64,000 nucleotides of DNA from Patescibacteria group bacterium (GCA_041664365.1 JBAYKW010000001.1:7168-71167), one strand, 5' to 3'. Shown: positions 53,371-62,081, counted from the first letter of the stretch. Translations and numbers: made by a program. Notes: generated by a model from the letters alone, not told the origin.

Positions 53371-53520
53371 TGCAGTCTTAGAGTTGGTAACATTCAGGCT
53401 GATGGTTATAACCATTAACATTATTGTCAGCATTCTGAGACTTAAGCTACTTAGTACCTTGTAGATTGAAATGTACCGATTCGTCGTGAATTGGCAAATA
53501 TTGTCTATTTTGGTGTTTAA
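53371..53520. repeat. 150-bp direct repeat, promoter-proximal copy (A)
   Basis: 147/150 identical to 53056-53205; period 315 bp. Confidence 0.97.
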
Positions 53521-53530
53521 TAGCATATAC

Positions 53531-53558
53531 AAAATAACATAGAATATAGTTTTGTCAA
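53531..53558 (-). promoter_or_regulatory. sigma70-type promoter driving the repeat unit and RT
   Basis: TTGACA-16-(TGn)TATTTT; predicted start near 53524, just before repeat A. Confidence 0.65.
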
Positions 53559-53656
53559 CTCCATTAGTATACTAATCGATATCAATCCGTGATCATAGAA
53601 TCGAGAATAACCAAAACAACGCATTTAGAAATTATTGATAATAACTATTTTTCGTT

Positions 53657-54091
53657 CTAGCAATCCTTCTTCTCATCTTTTTCCGACTGCGCCAGTAAAT
53701 ACTCCAAGACCTTGTATTCCGAAAGTTCTTCTACATTCGACTTTTTAATTAATCTATCGAAGTATAAAACTAAAAACAAAACAATGAAGAGTGATATAGT
53801 AACATACCAATTCATAGAATGAATGACTTCATTCAAAGCATTTAATAGTAAACTACCAGTTATACCTAGAGCGAATCCAAATGTAACTGATACCAACGTT
53901 TGTCTATCTTGTTTGATATTATTCAAAGCATTTTGCAATCCGATATTTTCTATATCAAAAGCTGCTATGTATTTTTCAACTACAGCATTTTGTTGATTAG
54001 CCGAAAGTTTCTGCCACAACTTCTTATTGGAGCGCTTTAGTCTTTTAGTAATTTCTTTCCTAAGGTCATTTTCCCTCTTTTGTAAATTCAT
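53657..54091 (-). CDS. 2-TM membrane protein (possible effector)
   Basis: 144 aa, two hydrophobic helices, AT-rich. Confidence 0.7.
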   Translation of the reverse strand: MNLQKRENDLRKEITKRLKRSNKKLWQKLSANQQNAVVEKYIAAFDIENIGLQNALNNIKQDRQTLVSVTFGFALGITGSLLLNALNEVIHSMNWYVTISLFIVLFLVLYFDRLIKKSNVEELSEYKVLEYLLAQSEKDEKKDC

Positions 54092-54100
54092 AATGATAAT

Positions 54101-54646
54101 CTAATTTTTAATTTTCTTCGCGATCCATGCTCCGCCCCCAATAAGTATTCCTAAGCCTACAGCCCAATCCGTGAATGATCCTGAATTGTTTGACGAATTA
54201 GTGCTTGCAGAATTTGTCGGGGTAATCTGATTTGCTAAAGTCGCTGCACCTTTTACTTCGCCTTGATCATCAGTTTGTACAGAAGCCTCATCAAGTTCTC
54301 TTTGTAAATTTTCTTTTTCTTCTTCCAGTCTTTTGATTTCCGTTTGCTGATTTTCGTACTCAGTTTTGGCATTTGAATAATCAGCGTAAGAATAATATGT
54401 CCTACCATTAAATTCATAGGTTATTGGTGTTGGGGCGGTGTATGTTTCTGCCTCTTCTTCTGTTCCATTACATTCTGGATAATATGGCGCACATGTAGCG
54501 GATAATGGCGTGCCATCACAACAACCACAACCACATACCCCATCATGATGTGAACAGCATCCACTTCTTGCATCTGCATTATATTGTGGCAATAACAAAA
54601 ACAACCCAAATATGAAGATACTTAGGATATAATGCACTTTTTTCAT
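54101..54646 (-). CDS. Secreted Cys-rich protein with C-terminal membrane anchor
   Basis: Signal peptide, ARSGCCSHHDGVCGCGCCDG, coiled coil, C-terminal TM helix. Confidence 0.75.
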   Translation of the reverse strand: MKKVHYILSIFIFGLFLLLPQYNADARSGCCSHHDGVCGCGCCDGTPLSATCAPYYPECNGTEEEAETYTAPTPITYEFNGRTYYSYADYSNAKTEYENQQTEIKRLEEEKENLQRELDEASVQTDDQGEVKGAATLANQITPTNSASTNSSNNSGSFTDWAVGLGILIGGGAWIAKKIKN

Positions 54647-54789
54647 TGTGATTTGCCCAATAGTTAGCTATATTTCAACACTACTCCAACTTATCCTAGA
54701 AATCAAGAAAACCGCTTTTGGAGGATGCTTAATTAACCTCTGTACAGACACAATATTTCTGTTTAGGAACCATCATGTAGTAATCTGTG

Positions 54790-55761
54790 TCAAATCAATC
54801 TACTAACAGAAAAACCGTCTACTTTTTTCGTGCTCTTGTTTATTTTAATACTTATATTTTTAACTACACTTGGAAGTATTTCATCAACAGATTTATCAAG
54901 ATTTATTGAATCACCTGAACAGGTAATACTAATTGCAATGCTACAATTCACATACACGTAATAGTACTTTTCATCAGCTTTATATATATAATAATTCCAT
55001 ATAAATACATCATTGTATTCATGATCAACAATATTTTCAAGTTGTATATTTCTGTCTATATTAACTGCGAAGAATAATTCTTCAGGGTATACAAGATTAT
55101 TTATATCATTTAATCCTATCTCCTCAATCATCAGCGATAAGTATTGCTCATTAATAAATTCTATCTTTTCAGCATAATCTGTTAAAAATTTATCTAATAA
55201 ATTATAAAAATAAACATCAGATTCTTTTCTTAATTCTTCATGTAACTCATCTGAATCACCAAAAGCATTTCTATCATTTGAGATAAAACATAAATCATTA
55301 CATTTATTGCGAGCAAATTTAACTTCCTCCCATATTATGAAATCTCGAAATCCAATGTCACTATACTTTTTAGTAGAGTGGAAAGGAGGTTTATTATTTA
55401 ATGATCTACTTATAATTTGTGGGACTAGTACAGGACAGCTTAAATTATCAATAATCTCTATATTCTTATTTTCTACTATCTTTAGCAACCTTTTTTTGTA
55501 TCCAGTTACTTCATTATTTTTAAGCGTAATTTCGCTTGATGTAGATATTTTCAATTTCTTTTTGAATTCTTTCAATGACTTTTCTATATCTTTACAGTCA
55601 TCAATTTCTTTACTGAAGTTTTTTATTGTTTCAGATATCACAATGTCAGGAATAAATAGTTTCGATTTAGTTTTTTTTAAATACGCAAATAATGCTTGGA
55701 ATCTTGGAGTATCAAGATAGTAATTATCTTTTAATTCAGTTGAATCAAGAATTATATTCAT
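54790..55761 (-). CDS. PIN-domain protein (DUF4935/PIN-like)
   Basis: IILDS, IPDIVISE, PPF...GFRDFIIWE, FISND acidic PIN pattern. Confidence 0.75.
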   Translation of the reverse strand: MNIILDSTELKDNYYLDTPRFQALFAYLKKTKSKLFIPDIVISETIKNFSKEIDDCKDIEKSLKEFKKKLKISTSSEITLKNNEVTGYKKRLLKIVENKNIEIIDNLSCPVLVPQIISRSLNNKPPFHSTKKYSDIGFRDFIIWEEVKFARNKCNDLCFISNDRNAFGDSDELHEELRKESDVYFYNLLDKFLTDYAEKIEFINEQYLSLMIEEIGLNDINNLVYPEELFFAVNIDRNIQLENIVDHEYNDVFIWNYYIYKADEKYYYVYVNCSIAISITCSGDSINLDKSVDEILPSVVKNISIKINKSTKKVDGFSVSRLI

Positions 55762-55781
55762 TAAAATATTATTAAATTATA

Positions 55782-56888
55782 CTAAATTTGGGAGAATCCC
55801 AAATCCTTTCCAATTGGCTTGAGCACCCCATCATTTACAGTTGCAATACCAAGATCTAGCGAATTAATAAACTGTATGTATTTATCATCACGCGGTTCAC
55901 GAGAAGGTGTAAGTATTTTGTATTGATCACTGAATTTAAGATTTTTTTCTTTTTTAAATTTGTTAATCTCAAAATAGTCATATTCATATAATTGAACAAT
56001 TGCTTTCCTTGCCTGTGATCTAAAATTTCTATTTTCAGTACTTTTTACTTCAAATAAGAATGAGCGTTTTTCATCATGTGCAAATAAATCAACAAATTCA
56101 TTTGATAAGGTTGCATATCCTTTTTTTCTAAAAATATCGATTAGATTTTGCAAAACTGAATAGTGGGATGATTCTGCCCTCGCAAGAATCTCATTATCTC
56201 TTGTTATTATAGAATGTGGCTTAGTGATAATTCTTTCATTAATTTCATTTATAAACCTTAATGACGCTGCGTGACGCAGTGTCTCAGTCGCATTATGTAC
56301 TTCATAAAAATCAGATGGCTTATCCTGTATAATATTTCCTCTTGTTGAGTGTCCAGAATATAAATATAATGATCTCTGTCTGAATAATATTTGTTTCGCA
56401 ACCTCTGGTGAAACTTTTGAGAAACTACCCATTCGTGGGAAGCCTTCTATTTCCGATACTGGTATTGAGTTTTCAACCAGTTTATCAATTAAATGAGCTG
56501 TCTGTTCATTATTATTTGGATTAGGGGATTCCCAAGTTGCTGGATCGGGTATTTCACCAAATAAATATATTTCTGTTAGTGGAACTAATAATGGCCATCT
56601 ATTTTCATTATGTTTAACTTCGTAATGCCATAAATAATTATCTTTAATTGAAAAATGAAACCCAACGACCCCTATTCCTATAATCCCGGATTTTGCATTT
56701 CGAAATGCAGAGTTATTTGAGCCAGTACTATGGATAAAAAAGATATCACCAGTCTGTATTTTCCCCCATCTTTCCTTTAAATGTGATTCCAATCCCCATG
56801 TCATGTACTTAAAAGCAGTCAGCCAATGCTCAGGTGGACCTGTAAATCTAAATAATTGTTTTGTGCTTATAGCTGAACTTAAATTCAT
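55782..56888 (-). CDS. Putative modification-dependent nuclease: EVE/PUA-like N-domain plus PD-(D/E)XK C-domain (probable start 56888)
   Basis: HW.....TWG.....W..IQTGDIFFIH...GIIGIG; VDL...LFEVKS...R.AI.QL.EY. Confidence 0.65.
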   Translation of the reverse strand: MNLSSAISTKQLFRFTGPPEHWLTAFKYMTWGLESHLKERWGKIQTGDIFFIHSTGSNNSAFRNAKSGIIGIGVVGFHFSIKDNYLWHYEVKHNENRWPLLVPLTEIYLFGEIPDPATWESPNPNNNEQTAHLIDKLVENSIPVSEIEGFPRMGSFSKVSPEVAKQILFRQRSLYLYSGHSTRGNIIQDKPSDFYEVHNATETLRHAASLRFINEINERIITKPHSIITRDNEILARAESSHYSVLQNLIDIFRKKGYATLSNEFVDLFAHDEKRSFLFEVKSTENRNFRSQARKAIVQLYEYDYFEINKFKKEKNLKFSDQYKILTPSREPRDDKYIQFINSLDLGIATVNDGVLKPIGKDLGFSQI

Positions 56889-56889
56889 A

Positions 56890-57237
56890 TTACAAATTTG
56901 TATATTTTGTGTGTTTACCCTTTGCTTTGTCAATTGGATACTTTTCTTCATTCTTTTTAATCTTTTTCTCAAGCGCTTCTTCAATATCAATATTCAAATC
57001 ATTACTCATTAATAGCACCCAGTATAAAACATCCGCCAACTCTTCTCCAATATCCGATTTGTTTGTATCAATATATTTTTTTATCTCTTCATCATTCTTC
57101 CATTGGAAATGTTCCATAACTTCTCCTGCCTCAAGCATAAGCGATAATGCGACGTCTTTTGGATTGTGAAATTGTTTCCAATCTCGGGCATCCCTGAAAG
57201 CAATTACTTGTTTTATTAATTCTTCAATATTTTTCAT
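56890..57237 (-). CDS. MazG-like (DCTPP1-type) nucleotide pyrophosphohydrolase
   Basis: FRDARDWKQFHNPK...EAGE..E.FQW...EELADV...KNEEKYP. Confidence 0.92.
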   Translation of the reverse strand: MKNIEELIKQVIAFRDARDWKQFHNPKDVALSLMLEAGEVMEHFQWKNDEEIKKYIDTNKSDIGEELADVLYWVLLMSNDLNIDIEEALEKKIKKNEEKYPIDKAKGKHTKYTNL

Positions 57238-57383
57238 ATAGTTTAAATAATGCTTATATATATAACAATCCTACGCCCATATTAGCCAATTATCAAGCTC
57301 TTTTTTGTTGAGGAAATAATAGCAAAATAACCATAAAACCTGGGGGCCGGGGCCACATGAAGGATGATAGAGAGAATCAGGAT

Positions 57384-57466
57384 AAGACCCCCGGAATTAA
57401 TTCACTTATTTCAAAGAGTAACGGGATTGCTTCATCCTACATTCGTAGGACTCGCAATGGTTACTG
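57384..57466 (+). repeat. Right inverted repeat of the AT-rich island
   Basis: See 51678-51759. Confidence 0.85.
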
Positions 57467-57489
57467 CTATCTGTATTGGTGTGAGGGGA

Positions 57490-58368
57490 TTATCCCAGAA
57501 AATCAGCAACTAGTGCTTCCGCCTCTTGGGTGCTTTTAACCCATTTTATCCGACCGTCGCGCTTGAACCATGTCATTTGCCGTTTGGCGTAATGATGGGA
57601 GTCGTTCTTAATACTGGCTATCGCATCATCAAGTGACAGCTCATGCTTAAAATAGGCGGAAAGCTGTTTGTAGCCGATCGCGGACATTGCAGGGATCTCC
57701 CAGCCGTATTGCTCGCCCAGTGCTTTCACCTCATCTACCAAGCCCTCTTGAATCATCTCATCCACTCGGCGGTCGATGCGGTCATACATTTCTTCCCGGG
57801 ATAATTTGATGCCGATTTGCAGGGCATCTAAGTTCGGTGATTTTTTCCCCTTTAGTTCCGAATACTTCTCGCCGGATATTTTGAAAACTTCTATTGCCCG
57901 GATCAGCCGGCGTTTATTATTAATATCTATTTCCTGTGCCGATTTATAGTCCAGCTGAATCAGCATCTTGAACAGCTCTTCGGCGGTCTTTTCTTCCAAT
58001 TTGTTACGTAAAACTTTATCGACTCCTCCTTTGGGGATGTCCAGATTATCCACGATGGACTGGATGTAGAGGCCGGTACCGCCGACCAGGAAGGGTAGTT
58101 TTTCTTTTTCTTCGTTGATGATGGCGAAGACTGTTTTCTGAAACTGCGCCAGACTGAATTCCTGATCCGGGTCCATAATGTCAATCATCCGGTGAGTAAT
58201 GCCCTGCCATTTGTCTTTGGTTAATTTTCCGGTGCCGATATCCATACCGCGGTAAACCTGGCGGGAGTCGGCAGAGATTATATATCCGTTAAATTTCTTC
58301 GCCAAGGCTAAAGACATGCCGGTTTTACCGGCGGCGGTTGGTCCTAGGATGACGACGATTTTTTTCAT
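57490..58368 (-). CDS. miaA: tRNA dimethylallyltransferase
   Basis: GPTAAGKT, SADSRQVYRGMDIGT, GGTGLY, YAKRQMTWF. Confidence 0.97.
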   Translation of the reverse strand: MKKIVVILGPTAAGKTGMSLALAKKFNGYIISADSRQVYRGMDIGTGKLTKDKWQGITHRMIDIMDPDQEFSLAQFQKTVFAIINEEKEKLPFLVGGTGLYIQSIVDNLDIPKGGVDKVLRNKLEEKTAEELFKMLIQLDYKSAQEIDINNKRRLIRAIEVFKISGEKYSELKGKKSPNLDALQIGIKLSREEMYDRIDRRVDEMIQEGLVDEVKALGEQYGWEIPAMSAIGYKQLSAYFKHELSLDDAIASIKNDSHHYAKRQMTWFKRDGRIKWVKSTQEAEALVADFLG

Positions 58369-58445
58369 TGACCTCTAAATAAGTTTATGTTAAATTATGA
58401 TACTTCGACCGTGCCTTTGGATTCACTCTGACAGGAGGTCATTGC

Positions 58446-58964
58446 ATGGTTTTCTTGCTGGACGAGCTATTCTTCGTCTGGTCAGCCATCTGGCAGGAAG
58501 AGGTAACGGCCTTCGCCGTCTTTCTAGCCGGGTATGGCTTCTGGAGGGGGTTCTTCACACTGCTCATCGGCTCGAGCATCGGCATGTCGCTGATGTTCTA
58601 CTTCCCCGAGATGCTCCTGTGGCTGGGCGAGCAGATAATCGTGCTTACCAAGCGCGTCCTCCGGCAGAACGGCGCCAATGGCCGTTCACAACAGATGGAG
58701 CTACGACTTGTCGCAATCAACGCTGGTCTGCAGAGATTTCGCGACATGCTGACTGGTTACATTGTGAACAGCCGGTACCCCAGCGTCGTGATCTTCATCC
58801 TGGTCGCCATCCCGCTCCTGCCGTACGCAGTCACGGTCTCCATCATCACTGCGCGGCTTCTGAAACTGCCGCGCGCGTTCCTGCTCATTTTCACAGGGAA
58901 CATGGTCGGTGTTCTGACCACAGCTCTCATGTCTTACCACCTGTTCTCACTTTTCAATCGTTAA
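58446..58964 (+). CDS. GC-rich multi-TM membrane protein (cassette antisense to the mia genes)
   Basis: AGGAGG SD, TTGACC(58368)-17-TAAATT promoter, terminator 58963-58998. Confidence 0.7.
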   Translation: MVFLLDELFFVWSAIWQEEVTAFAVFLAGYGFWRGFFTLLIGSSIGMSLMFYFPEMLLWLGEQIIVLTKRVLRQNGANGRSQQMELRLVAINAGLQRFRDMLTGYIVNSRYPSVVIFILVAIPLLPYAVTVSIITARLLKLPRAFLLIFTGNMVGVLTTALMSYHLFSLFNR

Positions 58965-58988
58965 GCTTTGCTCCCGGCTGGACAAGGC

Positions 58989-60275
58989 TTATTTTTTTAA
59001 ACTGCCTTCCAGACTCCAGGGATTAACTTTCGTTACTTTAACTTCTGTAAACTTTCCGATCAGATCTTTTGTGCCGTTTTTTATCTGGATTGGTTTGTTG
59101 GTGTCCGTTTTTCCGAACAACAAACCTTTTCTAATATTCTCCGGCAAAACCATTACAGTTTTATTCAGTAATTTCTGATTATTCAAAAGTGCATATTTTT
59201 TTACATACTCGTTCAGCTTCACTTCCCGTCGCTTTTTAACATTTTGCGGAATATTATCTTTAAAAAGTTTTGTCGCCTGCGTACCCGGTCGTTTGGAATA
59301 CTGCGCCAGATAGGCCATATCAAATTTTACTTTTTCATATAGATCCAGTGTGTCTTGGAAATTTTCTTCTGTTTCATCGCAGAACCCGACGATGATATCC
59401 GTAGTGATTGCAACGTCGGGCATTTTAGTTCTGATCCTTTTGATAAGATCCAGGTATTCTTCGCGGGTATATTTCCGGAGCATTTTTTTCAGCATGTTGT
59501 TACTGCCGGCCTGAACGGGGATGTGCATGTGCGGACAGATTTTTTTGTCGCGAGCTATTACATCGATCAGTTCATCGGAAAAATCAGTTGGGTAAGGGGA
59601 TATGAAGCGGATCCAGAAATCGCCTTTAATCTGCCCAAGTTCTGTAAGCAGATCAGCAAATGACTTTACTGTTCCTTTTTCCGGGTTGATATACGAATTG
59701 ACGGTCTGTCCGAGCAGGGTTACTTCTTTGTAACCGCTGTTAACTAAATCACGCACCTCGGTAATGATTTGGCTTGCGGGACGTGAAACTTCCCGGCCTC
59801 TGGTATAGGGGACGGCACAGTAACGGCAGAATTTGTTACATCCGTTCTGGATGGTGACAAAAGCCTGGAAATGGGATTTGTGTTTGGTCGGCAGTTTGAA
59901 ATAGTCGCTTGCCGGATTTATATCCTCAATATCCTGCATGCGTTTTTTGAGAACCTGCGGGAGTGTGTGCATTTGCGACATGTCCAGAAGAATATCAAAC
60001 TGCTTGCCGAGTCCTTTTTTATCCTTCGGTAAGACACATCCAGTTAGGAGGGTAGTGAGCGGTTTTTCTTTCCGCAGTTTATTCCAAGTTTTTAATTTAC
60101 CGTCAATCCTGTTTATTGCTGATTGTCTTACAGAGCACGCCAAAACATTAATCAAATCTGCTTCTGATTCATTGTCCGTCGGCGTAAATCCCATCTGCTC
60201 AAGCAGAGCGTCCATTTTCTCCGCGTCCAGCTTGTTCATCTGGCAGCCCAGGATGTGGTTGTAATATTTCGGCAT
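58989..60275 (-). CDS. miaB: tRNA-i6A37 methylthiotransferase
   Basis: GCQMN, CSVR, CNKFCRYCAVPYTRG radical SAM motif, TRAM domain. Confidence 0.95.
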   Translation of the reverse strand: MPKYYNHILGCQMNKLDAEKMDALLEQMGFTPTDNESEADLINVLACSVRQSAINRIDGKLKTWNKLRKEKPLTTLLTGCVLPKDKKGLGKQFDILLDMSQMHTLPQVLKKRMQDIEDINPASDYFKLPTKHKSHFQAFVTIQNGCNKFCRYCAVPYTRGREVSRPASQIITEVRDLVNSGYKEVTLLGQTVNSYINPEKGTVKSFADLLTELGQIKGDFWIRFISPYPTDFSDELIDVIARDKKICPHMHIPVQAGSNNMLKKMLRKYTREEYLDLIKRIRTKMPDVAITTDIIVGFCDETEENFQDTLDLYEKVKFDMAYLAQYSKRPGTQATKLFKDNIPQNVKKRREVKLNEYVKKYALLNNQKLLNKTVMVLPENIRKGLLFGKTDTNKPIQIKNGTKDLIGKFTEVKVTKVNPWSLEGSLKK

Positions 60276-60281
60276 GCAGGA

Positions 60282-62081
60282 CTATTTCCGTTCTTTAATT
60301 TCTTTTTGAATCTTTTCCACAAATTCTTCCTGGGTCATTTTCTTTGTATCTTTAGAACCCCTGGTCCGGACAGTCAGATCTTTATCCTTTACTTCCTTGT
60401 CGCCGATGACCAGCATGTAGGATACTTTCAGTTTTTCCGCTTTGCGGATTTTGTAGCCGACAGTTTCCCGGTTCAAATCAACTTCCGTGCGGATGCCCTG
60501 CGCTTTCAGCGATTTGGCTAGATCCCCTGCAAACTTGAAATGATCTTTGCCGACCGGAATTACATATACTTGAGTAGGGGACAGCCAAGTCGGGAAAGCT
60601 CCGCCGAAATGCTCAATCATAATTCCGACGAATCGTTCCATGGAACCGAACGGCGCGCGGTGGATCATCACCGGCCGGTGGTCTTTGTCATCCGCACCTT
60701 TATATTCCAGTTTGAATCTTTCCGGGAGATTGTAGTCCACCTGGATCGTTCCCAGTTGCCATTCTCTGTTGATCACATCTCTGACCACAAAATCAAGTTT
60801 CGGTCCGTAGAAAGCTGCTTCGCCCTCCTGTTTGATATATTTAACTTTCTTTGATTTAACCACTTCCTCGATTTCCTTTTCCGCCCGCTCCCACAGCTCA
60901 TCAGAGCCGACGTATTTGCTGGATTTCGGATCCCGAAGGCCGATGCGTGCTTCAAAGTCTTTAAACTTCAGGGTGGAAAAGACCGTTTTAATCAGTTCAA
61001 TCACATTGGAAAATTCTTCCTTAATTTGGTCCGTTCGGCAGAAAATATGAGCATCATCAATCGTAAATCCGCGCGCCCGGACCAGTCCGGTCAGCTCGCC
61101 GGATTGTTCGTAGCGGTAAACAGTACCGAATTCTGACAGGCGAATCGGTAAGTCACGATAACTGCGCATCTGAGACGAATAGATGTGAATGTGGTGGGGG
61201 CAGTTCATCGGTTTCAGCACAAACTCTTCGCCGTCGATATTCATCGGCGCATAGATATTTTCACGGTAATTCTGCCAGTGGCCGGATGTTTTATACAGAT
61301 CAATCTTGCCGATATGCGGGGTAATTACCTGGTCATAACCGTCCTTTTCCTGCAGTTCGGTCAGGAATTTCTCCAGTTCTCTGCGGATCGTCGTACCTTT
61401 CGGGGTCCAGAGTGGCAAGCCCGCTCCGACTTCGGCTGCGATATGGAAGAGTCCTAGTTCTTTGCCGATTTTCCGGTGGTCTCTTTCCTTGGCCAGTTCC
61501 AGATTGTGCTTGTACTCTGAAAGCTCTTTCTTACTGTTGAAAGCCAAGCCGTAAATTCTGGTCAGCTGTTTGTTCTTTTCGTCCCCGCGCCAATAAGCGC
61601 CGGCGATGCGGTCCAGGGAAAAGGCACAGTTTTGCAGTTGCTCCGTGGTTTCAACGTGTGGCCCACGACAAAGGTCGGTAAAATCACCGGTCTTGTAGAT
61701 CGTCACTTTGTCTTTCTTCTGCGGGTCCAGATCCTGCGCCTCATCTTTTGAAATTCTGGTAGTACCCTTTGTCTGCAGGTCATTTAAAAGTTCCACCTTA
61801 TAGTCCTGTTTCTGCTCCGAAAAAAATTCTACCGCTTTTTTAATCGGAAATTCTTCCAGGATAAAAGCCTGTTTCTGGTTAATCAGCCGGATCATTTCCT
61901 TTTCTATTTTTTTCAGATCATCCGGAACCAGCTGAGCAGGCAGGTCAATATCATAATAAAAACCGTTTTCAATAACCGGTCCCACTCCAAATTTGGCTCC
62001 CGGATAAAGATTGGCGACCGCCGCTGCCATAACATGGGCCAGAGAATGTCGTTTTAGTTCGATTGGTATTTCTTTCTTCAT
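60282..62081 (-). CDS. thrS: Threonyl-tRNA synthetase (no TGS domain)
   Basis: RHSLAH, DLCRGPH, RDHRKIG, KPMNCP, FYGPKLD. Confidence 0.98.
   Translation of the reverse strand: MKKEIPIELKRHSLAHVMAAAVANLYPGAKFGVGPVIENGFYYDIDLPAQLVPDDLKKIEKEMIRLINQKQAFILEEFPIKKAVEFFSEQKQDYKVELLNDLQTKGTTRISKDEAQDLDPQKKDKVTIYKTGDFTDLCRGPHVETTEQLQNCAFSLDRIAGAYWRGDEKNKQLTRIYGLAFNSKKELSEYKHNLELAKERDHRKIGKELGLFHIAAEVGAGLPLWTPKGTTIRRELEKFLTELQEKDGYDQVITPHIGKIDLYKTSGHWQNYRENIYAPMNIDGEEFVLKPMNCPHHIHIYSSQMRSYRDLPIRLSEFGTVYRYEQSGELTGLVRARGFTIDDAHIFCRTDQIKEEFSNVIELIKTVFSTLKFKDFEARIGLRDPKSSKYVGSDELWERAEKEIEEVVKSKKVKYIKQEGEAAFYGPKLDFVVRDVINREWQLGTIQVDYNLPERFKLEYKGADDKDHRPVMIHRAPFGSMERFVGIMIEHFGGAFPTWLSPTQVYVIPVGKDHFKFAGDLAKSLKAQGIRTEVDLNRETVGYKIRKAEKLKVSYMLVIGDKEVKDKDLTVRTRGSKDTKKMTQEEFVEKIQKEIKERK

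Larger units (their letters stand above)
52994..53525 (-). ncRNA. Putative structured RT-associated ncRNA locus (repeat-spacer-repeat-tail)
   Basis: Promoter ends at 53531; many hairpins and long-range complementarities; abuts the RT start codon. Confidence 0.6.

Noticed and set aside
53056-53520. DGR template/variable repeat pair
   Set aside because: Only three differences, not consistently at adenines of one copy on either strand. Neither copy lies at the 3' end of a target gene, and the RT has PQGG.LSP rather than the DGR-type PIGNLTSQ.
52994-53520. Classical retron or DRT2
   Set aside because: The closing stems are retron-like, but the RT lacks the retron VTG motif and has group-II-type RT0 and thumb regions. 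DRT2 encodes a single template copy. Both are disfavoured by eye and not formally excluded without a phylogeny.
53056-53520. CRISPR array
   Set aside because: Two 150-bp repeats are far outside CRISPR repeat size, and there are no cas genes in the window.
57357-57539. 60-aa ORF similar to the RT C-terminus
   Set aside because: The similarity comes from the inverted DNA repeat; it overlaps miaA and is probably not a gene.
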